Origin: Endozoicomonas sp.
Lineage (GTDB): Bacteria; Pseudomonadota; Gammaproteobacteria; Pseudomonadales; Endozoicomonadaceae
Length of the DNA stretch: 24,000 nucleotides
NCBI GenBank assembly: GCA_965232255.1
Contig: OZ246962.1
Location: 1,345,113 to 1,369,112 of the forward strand
Reading direction: 5' to 3'
Shown here: in pieces, positions 19,896 to 24,000 of the stretch
Numbering within the stretch: position 1 is the stretch's first letter
Layout of the letters: each line of letters starts with the position of its first letter
Position numbers and translations under genes: made by a program
The notes under the pieces: model-generated
Databases searched by the model: none
The model's input: only the letters and a program-made list of their open reading frames with translations
Told to the model about the DNA's origin: nothing

Positions 19896-20050
19896 AAGGC
19901 AGCCCATGTTATTCGTCCGTGGTTAAAAATTATAGCAGTTTGTCTGGCGGCTTTTTGGGCACAATCGCTTGCTTTTCAATAATATTCAGTACGTACTCAG
20001 TACTTTTGCCGCCGTACTCTGCATGAAAAATAAAAGATGCTCAAGCCCAC

Positions 20051-21061
20051 TCAAAGAATGATTTTTTTAATCTCGTCATCCTTGCGATCCAGATAGTGGC
20101 TAGACTGGATGCGCCGAATGGTGCGGGACTTACCGCGTACTACCAACGTCTCGGTGGTGGCGATGTTGCCTTTGCGAGTAATACCCTGCAACAGGTCGCC
20201 TTTGGTAATGCCGGTGGCCGAAAAGACCACGTTGTCGGAGCTGGCCATATCGTTAAGGCACAGTACTTCCCCCGGCTCAACGCCCATGATTTGGCAGCGC
20301 TCGGCTTCCAGTTTGCCGACAGCAATATTCTCAGGTGTTTCACCCTTAGCTTGGTCTCTGGTCAGCAGCCGAGCGTGCATGTCGCCACCAAGCGCCCGGA
20401 TAACCGCAGCAGACACGACGCCTTCAGGCGCACCACCAACACAGTACATCAGGTCCACTTCGCTCTCGGGCAGGCAGGTCAGGATGGAGGCAGCAACATC
20501 GCCATCGGGTATGGCGAACACGCGTACGCCCATGCTCTGCATCATGGTGATGGCGCTGTCGTGTCTTGGTTTGGACAAGGTGATGACCACCAGACTTTCG
20601 ATGGGTTTGTGCAGTGCCCGGGCGACGTTTTGGATATTGTCGCGCAGCCCCAGATGCAGATCGATCACGCCCTTGGCACCAGGGCCGCAGACCAGCTTTT
20701 CCATGTACATATCCGGCGCCTTGAGAAACGAGCCTTTCTCACCAGCGGCTAGCACGGCGATGGCGTTGTTCTGCCCCATGGCGGTCATGCGAGTGCCTTC
20801 GATGGGATCAACGGCAATATCGATACGCTCTCCCTCGCCTGTGCCGACTTTTTCGCCAATATAAAGCATGGGCGCATCATCAATCTCACCTTCACCGATG
20901 ACAATCTCGCCATCCATGGCAACTTTGTTCAACATACTGCGCATGGCTTCCACCGCCGCACCATCGGCGGCGTTTTTGTCACCACGCCCAAGCCACTTGT
21001 AGCCGGCCAAAGCAGCAACTTCAGTAACCCGGGAAAATTCGATTGCCAGTTCGCGTTTCAT
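20051..21061 (-). CDS. glpX: Class II fructose-1,6-bisphosphatase
   Basis: The 336-aa product (MKRELAIEFSRVTEVAALAGYKWLGRGDKNAADGAAV...RTIRRIQSSHYLDRKD) is collinear with E. coli GlpX from residue 1 as recalled (MRRELAIEFSRVTESAALAGYKWLGRGDKN). Confidence 0.95.
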   Translation of the reverse strand: MKRELAIEFSRVTEVAALAGYKWLGRGDKNAADGAAVEAMRSMLNKVAMDGEIVIGEGEIDDAPMLYIGEKVGTGEGERIDIAVDPIEGTRMTAMGQNNAIAVLAAGEKGSFLKAPDMYMEKLVCGPGAKGVIDLHLGLRDNIQNVARALHKPIESLVVITLSKPRHDSAITMMQSMGVRVFAIPDGDVAASILTCLPESEVDLMYCVGGAPEGVVSAAVIRALGGDMHARLLTRDQAKGETPENIAVGKLEAERCQIMGVEPGEVLCLNDMASSDNVVFSATGITKGDLLQGITRKGNIATTETLVVRGKSRTIRRIQSSHYLDRKDDEIKKIIL

Positions 21062-21128
21062 CGAAACCTCGCGAGAAACCCAGTACTTTTAGTGCTGGGA
21101 GGGATAGCGACCAGCCTGATAAGGCTGG
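21058..21128 (+). repeat. Left-end (LE) region of the tnpB element, with two hairpins
   Basis: This is the partner of the 15049-15120 repeat. It contains hairpins cccagtact-ttt-agtGctggg (21079-21099) and ccagcc-tgataa-ggctgg (21111-21128). It lies 45 nt upstream of the tnpB ATG. Confidence 0.8.
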
Positions 21129-21172
21129 CCGTGGTCTTTAAAATCACACAAAAGCAATGGTATTGTGTGGCA

Positions 21173-22276
21173 ATGATTAAGAAAGCGTACAAATTCAGGT
21201 TTTACCCGACAGTCGAACAGGAGCGACAACTTGCTCACACGTTCGGCTGTGTACGTTTTGTCTATAACTGGGCTTTGCGACTCAGGTCTGATGCTTGGTA
21301 CAACGAGCAAAAGCGCATTGGCTACCACGAATCGTCCAGTGCCCTCACTGCCCTGAAGAAAAATCCAGAGTATTTCTGGCTTAACGACATCTCTTGCGTA
21401 CCCACTCAACAAACACTCCGGCACCTGCAAACAGGATTTAAAAACTTCTGGGATGGCAGGGCAAAGTACCCGACATTCAAGAAAAAACACGCTGTTCAGA
21501 GTGCGGAATACACCCGCTCTGCATTCAAGTGGGTCAACGGGCAGTTGACACTGGCAAAGCACAAGGAACCGTTGAACATCCGCTGGAGCAGGGAAATTCC
21601 AGATAAGCCAACCACCGTGACAGTCACCAGGGATTGTGCCGGTCGTTACTTTGTCTCCCTGCTTTGCGATGCCGATGTTGAGAAGTTGCCAGTTTCTCCG
21701 AACACTGTTGGAATTGATCTTGGTATCAAGGATGCCGTTGTCACCTCTGACGGCTGGAAATCCGGCAACCCAAGGTACACCTACAAGAATCAGGCAAAGC
21801 TGGCGAAGTACCAGCGTCGTTTGAGCAAGAAACAAAAAGGTTCGGCAAACTTCCAGAAAGCAAAACTGAAGGTGGCCAGAGTTCACGCCAAAATTGCAGA
21901 CAGTCGCAAAGACTTCCTGCATAAGCTGACAACCGCATTGATCCACGAAAACCAAGTAATCAGTGCCGAGTCGCTTCAGGTCAAGAACATGGTCAAAAAC
22001 CCCAAACTGGCCAAAGCCATAAGCGACGTTGGCTGGGGGGAGTGTATAAGACAGCTTCAGTACAAGGCAGACTGGTATGGTCGAACGCTGGTTAGCATCG
22101 ACAAATGGTATCCGTCGTCCAAACGGTGCTCCCATTGTGGCTACACACTGAAAAGCCTCGACCTTTCTGTGCGTAGCTGGGCGTGTCCTGAGTGTCGAAC
22201 TGTGCATGATCGGGATACCAATGCTGCTGTTAATATCAAAGCCGCTGGGCTAGCGGTGTTAGCCTGTGGAGCTTGA
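21173..22276 (+). CDS. tnpB: TnpB (IS200/IS605 OrfB), RuvC-like RNA-guided nuclease family
   Basis: The 367-aa product starts MIKKAYKFRFYPTVEQERQLAHTFGCVRFVYNWAL, the canonical TnpB N-terminus. RuvC-I is GIDLGIKD and RuvC-II is ISAESLQVKNM. The zinc ribbon is CSHCGY...CPECRTVHDRDTNAAVNI, with the RuvC-III Asp present. The track ORF starting at 21092 adds 27 codons that run through the LE. Confidence 0.9.
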   Translation: MIKKAYKFRFYPTVEQERQLAHTFGCVRFVYNWALRLRSDAWYNEQKRIGYHESSSALTALKKNPEYFWLNDISCVPTQQTLRHLQTGFKNFWDGRAKYPTFKKKHAVQSAEYTRSAFKWVNGQLTLAKHKEPLNIRWSREIPDKPTTVTVTRDCAGRYFVSLLCDADVEKLPVSPNTVGIDLGIKDAVVTSDGWKSGNPRYTYKNQAKLAKYQRRLSKKQKGSANFQKAKLKVARVHAKIADSRKDFLHKLTTALIHENQVISAESLQVKNMVKNPKLAKAISDVGWGECIRQLQYKADWYGRTLVSIDKWYPSSKRCSHCGYTLKSLDLSVRSWACPECRTVHDRDTNAAVNIKAAGLAVLACGA

Positions 22277-22500
22277 GTAAGACCAAAGGTGTTAATCACT
22301 GGCGGCATCGAGCTGTGAAACAGGAAGCCTGTTGGGTGACTAACAGGAATCCCGCTCCTTCAGGAGCGCGAGGATGCCAAAGTTTGGTCGTTTGGAAAAG
22401 GGGGGGGATTCTAACACGTAAAAACGGTGTTTTCTTGATTGGATAGCCTGTGCCTGTAGGAAGAACCTCGCCAACACCCGGATGAGAAGTGGCTGGCGAC
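22180..22500 (+). ncRNA. Candidate omega (right-end) RNA of TnpB; extent approximate
   Basis: By analogy with characterised TnpB loci, the guide-RNA scaffold overlaps the tnpB 3' end and the RE. The region holds several stem-loops: aacagg-aag-cctgtt (22319-22333), cgctcc-ttca-ggagcg (22351-22366) and ccaaa...tttgg (22377-22395). The boundaries are not demonstrated. Confidence 0.3.
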
Positions 22501-22804
22501 AATGATTACCGATGACAATGATTACTATCCGAAGAATTATTCACGTGCGGCGATGTGAAATAGAGTAGGGCGTTAAAGGTAAAATTGAGAACGATTTTTC
22601 AGTTTTGTCCTGCCGGATTTACTGCCAATTTACTGCACTTTTACCGCAGATAAGCTGAAAATATCGGGGTGTTTGTGTATGTTGGCAGATAGCAGATTCC
22701 GGTTCCTATTGGAACGTGTTCTTTTGTCAGGCTGTTTGTTAGCGCGTGCCCCGGACGGTAAATAAGTGCGATCAGCAGGCTGGGGCTGCTACAGGAGAAT
22801 CGGT

Positions 22805-23320
22805 ATGAAAAAAGCGTTAGCCATATTAGCAGCAGCAACGGGTTTAGCGTTTATGGGTGCAGCTGTATCCGCCCAGACCCCTGCGCAAAAAGCGGAAGCT
22901 TTAAAGCATTTGACGAAAATGCAGTACGAAGTCACGCAAAATGATGCCACTGAACCGCCATTTCGCAATGAGTACTGGGATAATACGGCACCTGGCATCT
23001 ATGTAGATGTTGTCTCCGGTGAGCCGCTGTTCAGTTCACTGGATAAATACAAGTCGGGCACCGGTTGGCCCAGTTTCACCAAGCCACTGGTTGCCGCCAA
23101 CATTGTCGAGAAAGCGGATAACAGCTGGTTTATGCGGCGTACGGAAGTACGCTCCAAAGGTGCCGATTCTCATCTTGGCCATGTTTTCAACGATGGTCCG
23201 GCACCCACAGGATTACGCTACTGCATGAACTCAGCAGCCCTGCGCTTTGTGCCTGCAGATCAACTGGCGGCACAGGGGTATGGGGAGTTCGCGCATCTGT
23301 TCGATATTCCACAGAAGTAA
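22805..23320 (+). CDS. msrB: Exported peptide-methionine (R)-S-oxide reductase MsrB
   Basis: The ATG at 22805 has AGGAG 7 nt upstream. A signal peptide is present ([23 protein letters not shown]|QTP). MsrB motifs are [25 protein letters not shown] and the catalytic RYCMNSAAL. The track ORF starting at 22766 adds 13 non-signal residues. Confidence 0.85.
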   Translation: MKKALAILAAATGLAFMGAAVSAQTPAQKAEALKHLTKMQYEVTQNDATEPPFRNEYWDNTAPGIYVDVVSGEPLFSSLDKYKSGTGWPSFTKPLVAANIVEKADNSWFMRRTEVRSKGADSHLGHVFNDGPAPTGLRYCMNSAALRFVPADQLAAQGYGEFAHLFDIPQK

Positions 23321-23340
23321 ATGCTGGCTGGAGCCAGCAT
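23321..23340. terminator. Palindromic hairpin between convergent msrB and the cytochrome b561 gene
   Basis: atgctggct-gg-agccagcat has 9-nt arms and starts 1 nt after the msrB stop. No U-tract lies on either side. Confidence 0.35.
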
Positions 23341-23354
23341 CTGCCAAACAGCTG

Positions 23355-23900
23355 TCAAATCATTCGGTGGAGAATATCGTTCTCCGGCTTATCAAAGAAA
23401 TGATATTTGATGACCGCCAACACATGTAAGGTGATAAGAGCCAGGAAGGTGTAGGCCAGAATTGCGTGTGCATCGGTAAGATAGCCGCCCAGTACGCTGT
23501 TTTTTCCGATAAGAGTCGGCATGACTATAGTAAAAAACGGTACGCTCCGACCATTGGCATCGGACATTAAATAGCCACTGGCTGGTACAATGAACATGAA
23601 TACGTAAAGAAGCACATGTGCCAGTTTTCCACGGCGTTGTTCTGCCAGCGGCATACTCTTGGGTAGCGGTGGAATACGACTTGTCCAGCGTATTATCAGG
23701 CGCACCGGCAGCAAAAGCAGGATCAGAACACCAAACGATTTATGCAGATTGTAAAGCTCGTACTTGTAGCTGACGTTATTATTCAGCCCGGTCATATACC
23801 AACCCAGCGCGATCAGACCGAGGATAATTACTGCAAACAGCCAGTGCATTATGCGCATAGGCAGTGAGTATTTATCACTCATTGGCTTTACATTATTCAT
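23355..23900 (-). CDS. Cytochrome b561 family protein (CybB-like)
   Basis: The product has four TM helices with conserved His positions (RIMHWLF.., LHKSFG, LAHVLLY, TLHVLAVIKYHF). It resembles E. coli CybB (MENKYSRLQISIHWLVF...) from MSDKYSLPMRIMHWLF onward, so the ATG at 23882 is an equally plausible start. Confidence 0.8.
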   Translation of the reverse strand: MNNVKPMSDKYSLPMRIMHWLFAVIILGLIALGWYMTGLNNNVSYKYELYNLHKSFGVLILLLLPVRLIIRWTSRIPPLPKSMPLAEQRRGKLAHVLLYVFMFIVPASGYLMSDANGRSVPFFTIVMPTLIGKNSVLGGYLTDAHAILAYTFLALITLHVLAVIKYHFFDKPENDILHRMI

Positions 23901-24000
23901 TGGCTTTACCTTTTTTGTTTGTTCAAAAAAGCGTCGTAAATTATGCCGACAACAGCGTGCTATGCCAGTATATACGACCAGAAGCGAAAGGATGCTGAAA

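Larger units (their letters stand above)
21062..22530 (+). mobile_element. IS200/IS605-family element of the tnpB-only (IS1341-like) type; right boundary not determined
   Basis: It has a subterminal-hairpin LE, an intact tnpB, no tnpA and a hairpin-rich region after the stop. The left boundary is placed within a few nt by comparison with the second LE copy. The right end is a guess, since no second copy is available. Confidence 0.6.

Noticed and set aside
19998-20007. 10-mer cagtactttt shared with LE hairpin 1, just downstream of glpX. Similar short matches include actgggagg at 13530-13538 and gggagagtag near 192 and 14985.
   Set aside because: For a 71-nt query against both strands of 24 kb, about three chance 10-mer hits are expected. 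The matches are not collinear with the LE.
20096-20864. Two plus-strand ORFs of 218 and 251 aa
   Set aside because: Both are antisense to glpX, with Ala/Gly/Ser/Arg/Pro-rich out-of-frame composition.
21089-22207. 372-aa ORF antisense to tnpB
   Set aside because: It completely overlaps the well-supported tnpB frame. The product is rich in Cys, Phe, Leu and Val, with no motifs and no SD. I treat it as a shadow ORF despite its length.

Overview
This window looks like a gammaproteobacterial chromosome segment. That assignment rests on my recall of how closely the translated ORFs follow enterobacterial Hfq, HflX, MiaA, DmsABC, GlpX and Tpl. Conserved housekeeping blocks are interrupted by mobile-element debris and by one AT-richer accessory islet.

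Left to right:
- a decayed uvrA C-terminal remnant fused to an IS5-like transposase fragment (314-918)
- a yqjD/yqjE/yqjK-like membrane stress module (1219-2212)
- dmsCBA, encoding anaerobic DMSO reductase, on the minus strand (2253-6150), with a perfect FNR box in class II geometry
- a class III alcohol / S-(hydroxymethyl)glutathione dehydrogenase (6712-7860)
- a tyrosine phenol-lyase plus tyrosine permease pair, tpl-tyrP (8229-11059), preceded by the same 14-mer FNR box
- a frameshifted antitoxin-like relic (about 11348-11745)
- hflX-hfq-miaA on the minus strand (11794-14828), lacking the mutL and hflKC neighbours usual in enterobacteria
- a tnpB-less copy of an IS left end (15049-15120)
- four same-strand accessory genes (15133-19804): a tandem-PepSY exported protein, a DddY-like periplasmic cupin (candidate DMSP lyase), a small exported orphan, and a Pro/Lys-rich effector-like protein
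- glpX (20051-21061)
- a tnpB-only IS200/IS605-family element (about 21062-22530) whose left end touches the glpX start codon
- an exported MsrB (22805-23320) convergent with a cytochrome b561 (23355-23900)

The observations most worth follow-up are:
- the 71/72-nt inverted IS-end repeat and its relation to the glpX translation signals
- the intact TnpB with a hairpin-rich 3' flank
- the DddY-like cupin
- the effector-like protein carrying eukaryote-type linear motifs
- the FNR-type promoter in front of tpl

I saw no CRISPR array, rRNA or tRNA. All homology statements come from my recall of protein families, not from searches.
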